In this document: piece after piece, positions 51,983 through 64,000 of the stretch | Layout of the letters: every line of letters begins with the position of its first letter | Position numbering within the stretch: position 1 is the stretch's first letter | Assembly (NCBI GenBank): GCA_964016885.1 | Contig: OZ024740.1 | Coordinates: 257,176,001-257,240,000 of the forward strand | Length of the DNA: 64,000 nt | DNA from: Eledone cirrhosa | Taxonomy: Eukaryota | Direction of reading: 5' to 3' | Position numbers and translations under genes: made by a program | The notes under the pieces: generated by a model | The model's input: only the letters and a program-made list of their open reading frames with translations | What the model was told of the DNA's origin: nothing | The model's database searches: none

Positions 51983-52094
51983 TAAACGGAATAGAAAATG
52001 GTGACAAATTGTTCACAGTTGAAAAATGGTTTAATTAAACCATTTTTCAACTGTGAACAATTTGTCACCATTTTTATTCCGTTTACCAATATAT
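51975..52094. repeat. 120-bp near-perfect spacerless palindrome centred at 52034/52035
   Basis: TTGGTAAACGGAATA..AAAAATGGTTTAA|TTAAACCATTTTT..TATTCCGTTTACCAA with one mismatch. The same sequence occurs single-copy at about 28386-28446. Confidence 0.95.
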
Positions 52095-53209
52095 AATAAC
52101 TTGTGTGTTACACCTCTATTCTTTTAACTATATATATATATATATATTTATATGTATGTATGTATATATATATGCCAGTGTCGGACAAGCACACAGCGAA
52201 ATATGCAAATGCATTTACATTTACATGCATATTCATTCATATTTTTCCACTGCACACAGGCATACTGTGATGCGAATATCACCATACCGACACGTACGCA
52301 TGCGTTAATGTGTACATTTATGTATAATCAATGTTTACTTGTTCGTAATTGAAGTTCATATATATTTATTATATGCCCATCTAAACAATGGTACATTGTC
52401 AAACATACGTACAAAGGTATATAGTGGAATATAGTGGATCCTCGCTGAGTGTAGACTATGTGCATCTATTGTTTTCGATCAAATTCACTCTCTACTCGAT
52501 GAACTGGTACTTGGGTGAGTGTTCCTCAAACACATGCACCAATGATGTAGATCTAAAGACAAATTATCGCAACAAACTGTAAAAAACGCTGACATTTGAA
52601 TTAGAGACAGTTTATCCGTGAGCCTACAAGAATGTTGTTAAAATCCGAGAGATCGCTCCGTATACATGATGTTCTGTATAATAAACACACATACACACAT
52701 ACACACACACACTCACACACTCACAAACACACGCTCTGACACTCAGACACACTCAGAAATATACACACGTACGCACACAAATACACACACGTCAATACAC
52801 ATACATACACACACAAATACACAGACATACGCATGCACAAACAAACACGCCCTCACACACAAATACACATACAAAGCAAGGGTGTATCAAAAAGGTCAGT
52901 GTTGATATAATTGTTTGTATGTGTCTACGATTGTGCTAATATTCCTAGCTTCTATGACATATGTATGGTATCTGGTATAGACAAGAATCCTCGAAAACTA
53001 TCTGAACGAATGATTGCATATAAACTTAACAACACTCCCATTTTCTCTCTTGTTCATATTCACTCTCACTTTTCTCTTTCTATTCCAACTTATGAAAGTA
53101 CACATATACATATATAGATAGAAAGACCAAACAATCCCGATGATAACACCAACCATGAAATACATGAGTAAATAAACTCTGCATATATACACCACATACA
53201 CACATACAC

Positions 53210-53339
<130 letters not shown>

Positions 53340-53399
53340 GTAATTAGACATGTATATGATGCAACACTGATTCTTTGTTCCCTTATATATTATTATCAT

Positions 53400-53580
53400 T
53401 ATGGCAGTATCGGTAGAGGGTCGGACGCCATGCTTTCCAGCATAGTTACGTCCCTTTACGATCTCAGTTCAAATCCCGCCGAGGTTAACTTTGCCCTTCA
53501 TCCTTACGGGTTCGATAAAATAAAGTACCAATAATGAACTGAGTAATTGCTGGCCTTGTGCCTAAAGTAGAAACAATTAT
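53400..53580 (+). mobile_element. SINE copy
   Basis: TGGCAGTATCGGTAGAGGGTCGGACGCCATGCTTT..CAGTTCAAATCCCGCCGAGGTTAACTTTGCC..GGCCTTGTGCCTAAAGTAGAAACAATTAT. Confidence 0.88.
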
Positions 53581-53839
53581 ATATATATATATATATATAT
53601 GTACACGTCATATATATGTGTATACAAATGGTTCGTTATACATAAATATTTACAAAATGCATGCTTGTATACATACGTACCATCACAAAGCGAGCGCGCG
53701 CACACACACACATATACTGGTCATTCACCAAAGCCATTCTTATTGCTTTTATGACCACATGCATGTATACATGTATACATATGCCTATACAAAATGCAAA
53801 ACAACAAACATATTCTTACATATCACATATACATGTGTG

Positions 53840-53902
<63 letters not shown>

Positions 53903-54030
53903 AAGAGTTCTATTTAAATTGTTGGGATACAACAAGCAGATATTTTTATAACTGATATAAAGCTCTTAACAAATATTTGGCGTAAAAATACGATATTAAC
54001 AAATGGAAACTATATTTATAAAACCATATT

Positions 54031-54095
54031 TATTTCATTATACATATTTCAAGGACACCAAGTTAAATTATGGTGTGCTTTCATCAGATAAAATA
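54031..54095 (-). ncRNA. Type I hammerhead ribozyme (diverged paralog of 55971)
   Basis: Minus strand TATTTTAT-CTGATGA-AAG-C-ACACCA..TGGTGT-C-CTT-GAAAT-ATGT-ATA-ATGAAATA. Confidence 0.82.
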
Positions 54096-55529
54096 TAATA
54101 TACATCAGTTTTATAAATAAATATTGACATACCCTTAAAGAATGCAACGATTACTGTTGGAAGCTCCCGGATAGTGTAGTTATAGCGTTAATTATTAGTA
54201 TTGGATATTTTAAAAATAAGCCGTTGGGTTACGGAGAAATAGAAAGATAGAGAAGGAAAGAGAGAGAGCAGAATAAACAGAGAGAGAAATATGGAGAGAG
54301 AGAGGAGACGGAAAACATGAGAGAGAACGAAAAACTCTAAGTCATATCTTGTTGAGTTAACTTAACGATTGAGATGAAATGAATAAATACAAATTAGAAA
54401 TGTTAATAATCATGAATGGAATATATATATATAATTTGAGAAATTTAACCATTGTTTAAATATAAGATGTTTAGTTAGTCAGTTAAATATTGAGATCAAT
54501 ATATTACAAATTGGGATCTATATATTAAGAAATCCATATATTATTAAAGATCTATATATTACATAACACGTATACACACGCAAAATACGTACATATAAAT
54601 ATATATACACACTTATAAAAATACATATACATATCTAACTACGTATATAACATATACATACAAAATATAAAGGATTCTTTAATTTAATTTAAGATATAGG
54701 AATCCTATAAAATGTTAAATTGTTAAGATATTAAAGGAAATTTTATGTTATATATATTTTATGTTATTAAACAAAGGTTATATAAGTTTTATAAGATTAC
54801 CTGTTATGTATTTATGGCAGTTATTATATGTCTTTTTGTCACGAATCTTGGGATAACTATACATAAGTGCGATCGAATTATATGGATAAACACGCACATG
54901 TACATACACAATTCCCACATATACATACACATATGTACCCTCACAAATAGGTAGATACGCATCACGTATATATAAACATACACATAGACATACACGCATA
55001 AAACATATGTACATGCATGTCAATACAAACATATACATATGTACACACATATAGAGAGAAGTACATATAAATACAGTACATAGTATAATTGAATACATAA
55101 AATACAAAAGAACTATATTACAATTTGGAAATATAATTATAAGCAATATAACTTTAAAATCAATATAACTTTAAAATATTATAGATTATTTTAAGTTATA
55201 ATTTCAAAATAATAGTATGTTTAATATATTTAGTATAGAAAATGTTCTACGTATATTTAACTTAATTTTATATCCATAAGAAAAATAAACAGAAACTTTG
55301 AAAGGATAAACTTTCGAAAATAGGAGAAGCTATCAAATAATTGTCTCTACTACGCCATCTGGTTTTTACAAGATGGCGCAGGACAGAACAAAGGAGAGTT
55401 CAACAATATCGGTTTCAACACACGTTTTCAGATAAAGAATCTTGCTAAACAAATTCAGAAACGATATATAATATATATATATATATATACGATATTAATA
55501 AATGGAAACTATATTTATAAAACCATATT

Positions 55530-55594
55530 TATTTCATTATACATATTTCAGGGATATCACATTAAATTATGGTATGCCTTCATCAGACAAAATA
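55530..55594 (-). ncRNA. Type I hammerhead ribozyme (mirror of 55971-56035)
   Basis: Reverse complement of 55971-56035 with one stem II substitution. Confidence 0.8.
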
Positions 55595-55970
55595 CAATAT
55601 ATAACAGTTTTACAAATAGCTTTGACGTACCCTTTTAAAATGCAACCATTACTTTTGGAGGCTGTCTGGATAGTGATTTGTTTATATTATTTTAATAAAT
55701 AATAGTGTTAAGCACAATTAGAAAAAGACGGAGAGAAAGAAAAAAAGAAAAAAAGAAAAAAAGAAAAAAAGAAAAAAAGAAAAAAAGAAAAAAAGAAAAA
55801 AAGAAAAAAAGAAAAAAAGAAAAAAAGAAAAAAAGAAAAAAAGAAAAAAAGAAAAAAAAGAAAAAAAGAAAAAAAGAAAAAAGACGGAGAGAGAGAAAGA
55901 CAGCCTCCAAAAGTAATGGTTGCATTTTAAAAGGGTACGTCAAAGCTATTTGTAAAACTGTTATATATTG

Positions 55971-56035
55971 TATTTTGTCTGATGAAGGCATACCATAATT
56001 TAATGTGGTATCCCTGAAATATGTATAATGAAATA
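55971..56035 (+). ncRNA. Type I hammerhead ribozyme
   Basis: TATTTTGT-CTGATGA-AGG-C-ATACCAT..GTGGTAT-C-CCT-GAAAT-ATGT-ATA-ATGAAATA; AUA cleavage after 56027. Confidence 0.82.
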
Positions 56036-56163
56036 AATATGGTTTTATAAATAAAGTTTCCATTTATTAATATCGTATATCTACTCCAAAAACTTGTCGA
56101 GTGCTTTATATCAGTTATAAAAATATTTACTTGTTGTATCCCAACAACTTTAAATAAAACTTT

Positions 56164-56205
<42 letters not shown>

Positions 56206-56509
56206 CAAAAAAGTAACTGGATAAACAACCCATGGGAACGATGAAATACAATTAATATACATATTATTTTATATCTTGATATAATACAAAAAGTGTCTTT
56301 ATTCGGACGTTAGTCATTCATCGGAAGAAGAAGAGGAAACGGAAATATTTTGAGAGAATGCACAGAGGATCAGCTCTTTTAGTGAGAAGTAAATGGCGGA
56401 AGCTGTGGAGCACGATCAATCCTTTACTTTCACTAATATACCCACTCTGCATCATACCGTGTATAGAGTACTTCTCTGATTTCTGGTCTACACCGTCCCT
56501 GTGCTGCAG

Positions 56510-56510
<1 letters not shown>

Positions 56511-56586
<76 letters not shown>
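56511..56586. repeat. (ATCT)n tetranucleotide microsatellite
   Basis: Directly visible; abuts the LINE 5' region. Confidence 0.97.
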
Positions 56587-56587
<1 letters not shown>

Positions 56588-57154
56588 GCGGAAGATGACC
56601 CTAGTTCGTCGTCAGACGAGGAGGAGCACTTCCACACAATCAAAAGAAAAAAAAGAAAACACACCTCAGACACACAAATGAAAACAACCCCTCCCCAAAA
56701 CATAACACTGACACCAACACAAAAGAGCTCACAACAACAGCAAACAAAAAACACCACACAAAAACAAAAACATGCATACACATACATAAACACAAGAAAC
56801 AAAAAACTGTTAAACATTGTGTACAACAACAATCTAATAAAAACACAAGGGCCTAACTTCACCCAGGCAGGGGATTTCCCCCACCTCAAAATGATTAAGG
56901 CCCCACAGGACACCTATAAAACTTTAAAAAACAATTTTAAAGAGGACGTAGGTCCCCCCTGCGTCGGGCCCATTAACCGCGTCCTCCTAAAAAACTATCC
57001 CACCCCCTCCCCAAACACCCACACAACTCCAAGCTCCCCAACCACACAACACACTGATGCCCCTACACTTCCACAAACCACCACCCCACCCAACAACCCA
57101 TCCCCCACCCTAATGGAAATTGTGCAGCCCGATACCCGGGACGCAGAGAGGTAA
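56586..57154 (+). CDS. Truncated ORF1-like reading frame (acidic/basic N-terminus, Pro/Thr-rich)
   Basis: Open frame AEDDPSSSSDEEEHFHTIKRKKRK..INRVLLKNYP..MEIVQPDTRDAER*, stopping 24 bp before the ORF2 ATG. No start codon or zinc knuckle seen. Confidence 0.45.
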
Positions 57155-57178
57155 GTGCCTTTTCTCTTCACCACCAAC

Positions 57179-60100
57179 ATGGCTATGCTAAGAGTAGGCT
57201 GTTTAAATCCGCGTGGCCTGGGCTCAACTTGGAAGCAAGTAATGCTTCTAAATGACCTCAGGTCACAACGTATAGATGTGATGGTTATTTGCGAGGCCCG
57301 GATCAGCAACGTGCGACAGCTGGCCCCCACCTTTGATGACTTTGAGATGCAAGCATCTCTCTGTCAGCCCGGAGGTGGGGGTGGAGTTGTCGTTCTGCTG
57401 CAAAAACATCTGGGTCTCGCAACACAGATGGTACATTTGGACCCGGAGGGTCGACTAGTGGTTCTGGACCTTGGCAGTGGTAAAGGCGGAGCGTTTAGGT
57501 TGGTAGCCTACGGCCCTTGGTAGCCTACGGCCCTTTCGGGTCAATGCGGCCGGACTTCTTCCATCGTCTGGAGACTTTTCTGGGGACGTCCCGCTCCTTG
57601 CTATTAGTGGGGGACTGGAATGGTATCCTAGATGCACGCTGGGACTACGTAGGGGCCTGTCCCGATAGAGAGGGGTGTAATAGCCTCAAAGGGTTAATCG
57701 GTCGATTTGACCTGGCCGATAGATATCGACTAGATTTTCCGACTGCGCCAACCTGGACTTGGGCAAATCGTAGCGGAACATCTAGGTCGTACCTAGATAG
57801 GTTCTTAGTTAGAATTAAGGATAAGGACTTTTTAAGTTGTCCAAAAATGCGCATGGTTGGCTATTCAGACCACAAATTAGCGACCTGCATGGTCAACCTT
57901 GACAGAACTCATAGACAGGGACCCGGTTACTGGAAGCTCAACTTGTCCTTACCGGCAAGTAAGGCTTACAGGAACCGGATTAGCACTTTAGTTAAGGAGC
58001 GGTTGACGGGCGCCATCGTCAACCGCAGGTGGTGGGGATCTCTCAAAAGAGAGATTAGAGTAGTCTCTATAGAATTCAGTAAGGAGTTAGCCTCCAATAG
58101 AAATAGGAAGGAAAGGGAGTTGGTAGATAGTGTAGAAGAGGCAATTAGAAGCGGCGACGTGGCCAGAGTGCTAGCGTCGAGAACGGCCCTGGGCCAGATC
58201 TTCGACGCGAAACACGAAGGCTGCATCGTCCGAAGCAAGATACGTGCTCTGGGAAACGAGGGGACCAAAGCTGTTAGCTGGGCCCGCGTGACAGAAGCCA
58301 AAAGAGGGAGCAGATCCACTATCCGGTCTTTGCGAGACCAGGATGGACGGGTGATCCTTGAACCTAAGCAGATGTGCGAGGCTTTTCAAAAGCACTTTGC
58401 CGAATTGTTCGGAAGGGGCGGGGGGCTGGTTGGGGACGTGGACTTCGGTCCATACCTCGACGGCCTGCCGCGTCTCTCGGACAGGGAGGCGAAGTCCTGC
58501 GAGGAGCCGATTTCAGCCGCTGAGATAGAGGACGTGCTGAGCCAATGCGGCAAACGCAAATCCCCGGGTCTCGATGGTCTTCCATACGAACTATATCTAG
58601 CTATGCCGGACTTGTTCCCCGAACTCCTCGAGGCGGTCTACTGCAACTGGCGGCAGAACGGGAGAATTCCCTGTGCTGTGACCAAGGGCGTAGTCACGCT
58701 AGTGAGGAAGGACGAGAACAAGGGGGACGATATAAATAATTTCAGGCCCATAACTCTGCTAAATACAGAGTTACAGATTTTGGCCAAGGTGCTAGCAAAG
58801 AGGTTGGCGCTTGTCGTGGGCAAACTGGTGGGAGATGCGCAGACATGTGCTATCCCGTCCAGGTCCATCCACGATAACCTCCACCTCATGCGATACATCA
58901 TAGAGAGGGTTGGGAACGAACCCGGCTTTGGTGGGGCCCTGATCAACTTGGATCAATCTAAGGCATTCGATAGGGTCGACCATGGTTACCTGGATGCGGT
59001 GCTAGCGGCGGCAGGCTTCGGACCCGTTTTTAGGGGCTGGATCAATGCCATGCACAGCAGCCGCATCTGCTCTAGGGTCAAGGTGAACGGCTACCTCTCG
59101 GAGCCGTTCGAAATCGCGCGGTCCATCCGACAGGGGAGCCCTCTCTCCTCCCTTCTGTATGTAGTGACTCTAGAGCTACTGCTGCGGAAGTTGGAGTTGT
59201 TGCAGGGCATCCCGTTGGAACCGGGATTGCGGAAAGCGGTGTCAGCCTACGCCGATGACGTAACAGTAATGGTGTCGACGGCCTCGGAAATCGGGGCGAT
59301 CGGCACCTTACTGGAGGAGTACGAAAGGTTTACAGGGGCTAAGCTGAACCGGGACAAGTCGATCGGTCTGCAACTCGGCACGTGGAGGGGCAGATCGATG
59401 CCCTCCGATGGCGTCGTCGGGCGCTGGACGGAGGGCCCGGTGAAATTGCTCGGGGTCTGGTTCGGACCAGACCTCCAGGTGGAGAAGAACTGGGGTGAGG
59501 TGACGAACAGGGTGTTTGCACTGACCCAGAAGTGGGCCGAGTGCAAACTGTCCCTGAAAGGTCGGGCGGAGGTGGCGAACACTTATATAGCGTCCGTCAT
59601 CTACTACCGCCTGACCGTGGTGCCTTGCCCAAGGGAAACGCTCGCCAAAATGGAGCGCGCACTCTTCCAATTCCTTTGGAAGAAGCGGGCTCCTATGGTG
59701 AGGAGATCCATCTGCTGTCAACACCCTTCGAAAGGAGGGCTGGGGATGCCTTGGCTGATGATACGTAAACACGCATTAAGGCTACGGCACCTTCAGGTAT
59801 TCCTCTCCGGTCAACCGGTGTGGGCCCCGTTTGTGAGGCGAGCCTTTCCCAGACTCGTCTCACTCACCGAGCTGCAATCCTGGGTCAAGCAAAGACCGAG
59901 AAAACTGGGCGCCTGGCACACCGAGTGTGCCCAGGCGCTCACGGCTCTCTGGCAGGCGGACCCGGCTGTCAGTGGAGAATCCACCTCGTCATTCTATAGA
60001 GGGCTGGTGGTTAGCAGGTGCGACGACGCCCTCGGAGAAGCCCTAGGCATGGAGGAAGACGAACTGGCCAACCTGTTCGGTAGGACATTCAGCCCGGGAC

Positions 60101-60630
60101 CCATGGATAACTTCCAGAGGTCCCTGGCCTGGCAATGCTACAGAAGGGCTCTGCCCGTTCGAGAAAGGCTCTACAGACACGGGCGCCCGGGTAGGGACCC
60201 ATCGAAAAAGGTCTGTCCCAGATGCGTGTGCGACGAGGAAACCGTTGCACACGCATTGGTACACTGCTCGGGCATTGCCGATCTGTGGGGCTATGTCGAA
60301 CAACTGCTGTCAAGGGTGGGACCGATCCGGTTGACCACCGAGTCTATTGTAACGATCAAGCCGCCTCCCCTCTTCAAAAACGAAGGAGAGGCGGTGTTTC
60401 TGTGCGTAATAGCCATGGCGAAAGAGGTTGTATGGTGGACGCGTCTGAAAGGACTGAGGTCAGACACCTTTCTCTCTGGCCAACAACTGGTCCGTTTCTT
60501 CCGATATCATTTCGGAAGAAGGATCAGGATGGAGAGAGAGGTGCTGCACCCCAGCCGTTTCTATGAAAGATGGGTGAAAGTGGCGAGAATGCCCCGTGTG
60601 AATGGGCCTTCACTCTACATCAGACTATAG
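57179..60630 (+). pseudogene. LINE ORF2 (APE endonuclease, reverse transcriptase, zf-RVT-like CCHC) with one frameshift
   Basis: LNPRGL, GDWN, YLDRFL, SDH, KSPGLDG, FRPITLLN, LDQSKAFD, QGSPLS, YADD, CPRC..ETVAHALVHC. Frame broken only by a 17-bp tandem duplication at 57500-57533. Confidence 0.95.
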
Positions 60631-60869
60631 GTGAGGAAGATGAAAGACCAAGGGAGCACCCCTTCTCTGTGCTCCTGAGGAGAAGGGTTGCACACTTTTT
60701 TCGGGGGTGTGTGTGACACACAATAATAATAATAATAATAAAAAATAAAAATAAAAATAAGTCAGACATCCAAACATTACATTACAATGAAACTTATGCT
60801 TATTCTTTTGTGTGTGTGTGTGTGTGTGTGGGGGGGGGGGGGGGTTACCTATTTGTTTATTTATTTATG

Positions 60870-63800
60870 TTCGTCTACAGCGTGATAGTGCCACACTAAA
60901 ATCACCGGGGGTGATGAAATCACCGGTGTTTATGTAACCATACATTCACCAATCCTCGATAAGAGTGTTTAAATGTCGAACCTAAACAGTTCGAATAACG
61001 GTGAAGTGTAGACTGGAATGTCACATGACAGACTCTCACCCAGCAGGTGCTCCCCGTCTCAGCAGCAGGGACCTGGCTGTCAACCAAATACTGCTGGTGT
61101 CGGAGGAAGAAGAAGTAGGAAAGGGACCAGAACCAACTGGACGAAAGAATTGAATAGAACTGTTATGCAATGTTACCTGAAGAGTAACTCCAAGGAGAAA
61201 GGCTAGAGGAAACGGATGCATAACATCTGGAAGGAGATTGGTCTATTTAAATTAGATGAACAAAAATTGGCCGGGCAGGCTCCGGTAATAAGAACTAATG
61301 GGTGGATAAGCGAGCTGGAACAGGAGGAACTGAGCAGAGAGATTAGGTTGGAAATAGAGAGTGTAGTATGAAAGGCAAACGAGCTAGTGGGAAATGAAGG
61401 TGAAGAGGTTGAGAGAACGGAGGAACCATCCGAAGCAGACAATGATCTGAATGCTGAAATAAATAATACCTGGAACAAAGATACGGCCATTGAGGAGATG
61501 AATGCTGACGGGCTAGGACAAGATTTGGTTGATATCCTAAACTTAGTGGTAGATGAATTGAACAATGATAGTGGGAAACCTATGAACCTAAGATTTGTAG
61601 ACAGGAAAAAGTTAAAAGAAACAACAGCTAAGGTAAACAAAGTCATCCCATACCTTGAGACGAGGAACCTTCACCAGTGCAACAATATCCTCAAAGCAAC
61701 AGCAAATGCGGTGAGGAAATTACTTGGCATAAAAGCAAGAGGAAACAACAAACAAGAAAGATCAGAACCTTGGTGGAAGAAACGACTGAATGGTCAAATC
61801 AAGGAAATGAGAAATGATATTGGAAAGCTTGAGTCCCTACTTAATGGGACACTAAAAAACATAGACACTAAAAATAGACTGGAAATAAAGTACTAAACTA
61901 GGAGGAAAAAGGTAAATATTATCATAGTTGAACTGAAGCAACGCATTGTAGCAAAGAGTGCACAAATTAGGCGATACGAGAGCAGAGTCAGTCAGTTTAG
62001 ACAAAACCGCATGTTTGACAACAACCAGAAGATGTTGTTTGGACAGCTTGAAGGGAAAGAAAGAGGCAACGACTTGATCCCTGAGGCGGAACAAACTAAA
62101 ACATTCTGGAGAGGAATATGGGAGCAGGATGTTAAACATAATGACAAGGCAGTGTGGATTGAGACAGTACAAAAGGAGATTAGTGAACAGGCACACCAGC
62201 AAACTGATTTGAGTATCACAGTTGAAATTCTTAAGGGGCAGGCCAAAAAACTAACCAACAGGAAATCACCAGGCCCAGATGGTGTGCAGGGGTATTGGAT
62301 TAAAAATATAACATCCCTCCAGTTGTTGAGCAAAAGTATGAAGTTCTGGAAAACAGAGTTAACATCAGCTGGAGAATCCTTGGGAGGCGTGAAGATCAAG
62401 AGAGGTATCTTCCAGGGAGATAGTTTGTCCTCTCTGTTGTTTGTCCTTGCCCTGGTGCCCCTGACCATTATACTGCGAAAAGTGAGAGCAGGATACAAGT
62501 TGGGAAATGGAGAGCTTACCATCAATCACCTTTTCTTCATGGACGATCTTAAGCTCTTCGGGAAGAGTGAGAAGGAGTTGGATGTGCTTGTTGACAGATC
62601 CGTATTTTCAGCAATGATATATGTATGCAATTTGGTATTAGTAAGTGTGGAGTCCTTGTGATGAAGAGGGATAATTTGAGCAGAAGCAACTGAATCCATG
62701 TACCAACAGGTGAGATGATAAAGGAAAATGACACTAAAGAAGGATACAAGTATTTGGGTGTTCTGGAGGCTGATGACATCATGAACAAAAAAATGAAGGA
62801 ATTGATAAGATCTGAATACATTCGGAGAGTAAGGAGCGTATTAAAGTCACATCTGAACAGTAGGAATGCCGTAAAAACAGTAGAAGTGCAGTAAATTCCC
62901 GAGCTGTGTCTATTATTAGGTACAGTGCGGGAATTCCGAGATGGAATGTTGCTGAACAAAAAGAAATGTATAGGAAAACTAGGATACTATTGACTATCTA
63001 CAACATGTTCCATGATGTCGATAGACACTACTTAAGGAGATCTGAAGGTGGAAGAGGTCTTATCAGCATATAGGACTCTGTTCAGATGGAGAAAAACAAC
63101 CTACACAAATACGTGACTGATAGTAAGGAGCCAATGCTCAAAATTGTACTGAAGGAGAGGGCAATAGACCAGGGGATATACATGGAGGAAGAGCTGCCTT
63201 CATGAAAAATCCCTTCATAGTACCTTCTTTGAGAAAACTGAATTTAGAGATCCACAGACATGGAACTGTTTGAAAAGAGGAGACCTTAAAAAGGCTACAG
63301 AAGGAATGCTAATGGCTGCACAAGAGCAGGCCTTCAAAACGAAGTGGTTGAAACACCATATTTACAAGGAGGAGGTTAGCCCACTGTGCAGGATCTTTGG
63401 AGAGAGAGAGTAGACTGTGACTCACATTGTATCCGAGTGTAAACACCTAGCCCAGACTCACTATAAAGGCTGGAAACATGATGTGATGGGCAGGGTGATC
63501 CACTGGCACCTATGCAAAGTAAACAATTTACCGTATTCTGAGAAGTGGTATGAGCATAAGCCAGAGTCGGTGATAGAAAAAGATCAGGTGAAGGTGCTGT
63601 GGGATTTTAGGATACAGACGGACAAAAAACTGGAACACAATAGACCTGACCAGGTGGTTTGGACAAGGAAAAAAGATCGTGCCTGATCGTAGGTGTAGCC
63701 TGCCCATTTGACACGAGAGTGCAAGAGGAGGGGAGGGAGAAAATTAACCGATACCAGGACATTAAAGTTGGAGGTAAAAAGGATTTGGAACTGCCATGAA

Positions 63801-63990
63801 TTCAAAGTGGTCCCGATTGTCATAGGCCCACTAGGTACTATCTCAAAGAGTTTCCAAGGATGGTTAAAGAAAATCGGTCCCGACCCGCTTTTTGGAACAC
63901 TTCAAAAGGCATGCTTGCTGGGAACAGCATGAACTCTCCGATACGTCCTGAATACCTGAGGCTGCAGGTAGTGGCTTGATATTCATTTCA
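60870..63990 (+). mobile_element. R4/Dong-clade non-LTR retrotransposon with restriction-like endonuclease, decayed
   Basis: WTKELNRTVMQCY, PWWKKRL, KSPGPDGVQGYWIK, RGIFQGDSLS, HLFFMDDLKLF, THIVSEC..KHD, VLWDFRIQTD..HNRPD, VVPIVIGPLG, LQKACLLGTA. Many stops. Confidence 0.9.
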
Positions 63991-64000
63991 ACAAACTTTC

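Larger units (their letters stand above)
55488..56079. mobile_element. Fold-back module, arms 55488-55667 / 55898-56079, hammerhead in each arm, A-rich tandem spacer
   Basis: 180-bp near-identical inverted arms. The spacer contains a (G+A6-7)n array at about 55736-55882. Confidence 0.92.
56583..60720 (+). mobile_element. Near-intact L1/Tx1-clade LINE
   Basis: Short ORF1-like frame, APE-RT-zinc finger ORF2, short 3' UTR. Confidence 0.9.

Noticed and set aside
55705-55998. Lys/Arg/Glu-rich 97-aa ORF resembling a basic nuclear protein
   Set aside because: Translation of the (G+A6-7)n array and a hammerhead arm.
57645-60313. Antisense ORFs over the LINE ORF2
   Set aside because: Shadow frames of a GC-rich coding sequence.

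Overview
Eukaryotic, gene-poor, repeat-saturated DNA. The dense (TA)n/(CA)n/(GA)n microsatellites and the SINE families suggest a coleoid cephalopod, probably Octopus (inference from pattern recognition only). No host protein-coding exon can be supported, and almost all ORF-track entries are microsatellite artefacts. Recognisable large elements: a decayed (666-3300) and a near-intact (about 56583-60720) L1/Tx1-clade LINE of one family; a Helitron Rep-Hel pseudogene with STPR-like repeats and an 89-bp GT-AG intron (to 13459); an RTE-type LINE on the minus strand (15463-18098); a C-rich Neptune-type Penelope-like element (PLE) with pseudo-LTR (21846-26830) and a second partial copy (5580-7235); a Naiad-type PLE GIY-YIG fragment (29920-30576); and an R4/Dong-type RLE retrotransposon (60870-63990). 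The most striking feature lies between the (TA)n blocks: dozens of short non-coding modules from many unrelated families, often arranged as fold-backs or partial tandems. About 20 of them carry type I hammerhead ribozyme folds (intact, minimal-palindromic, long-stem-II, and U3:A8 compensated variants), with visible compensatory changes. This looks like a (TA)n-targeting population of PLE pseudo-LTRs or retrozyme-like RNAs. All structures were folded by eye and coordinates of decayed elements are approximate.
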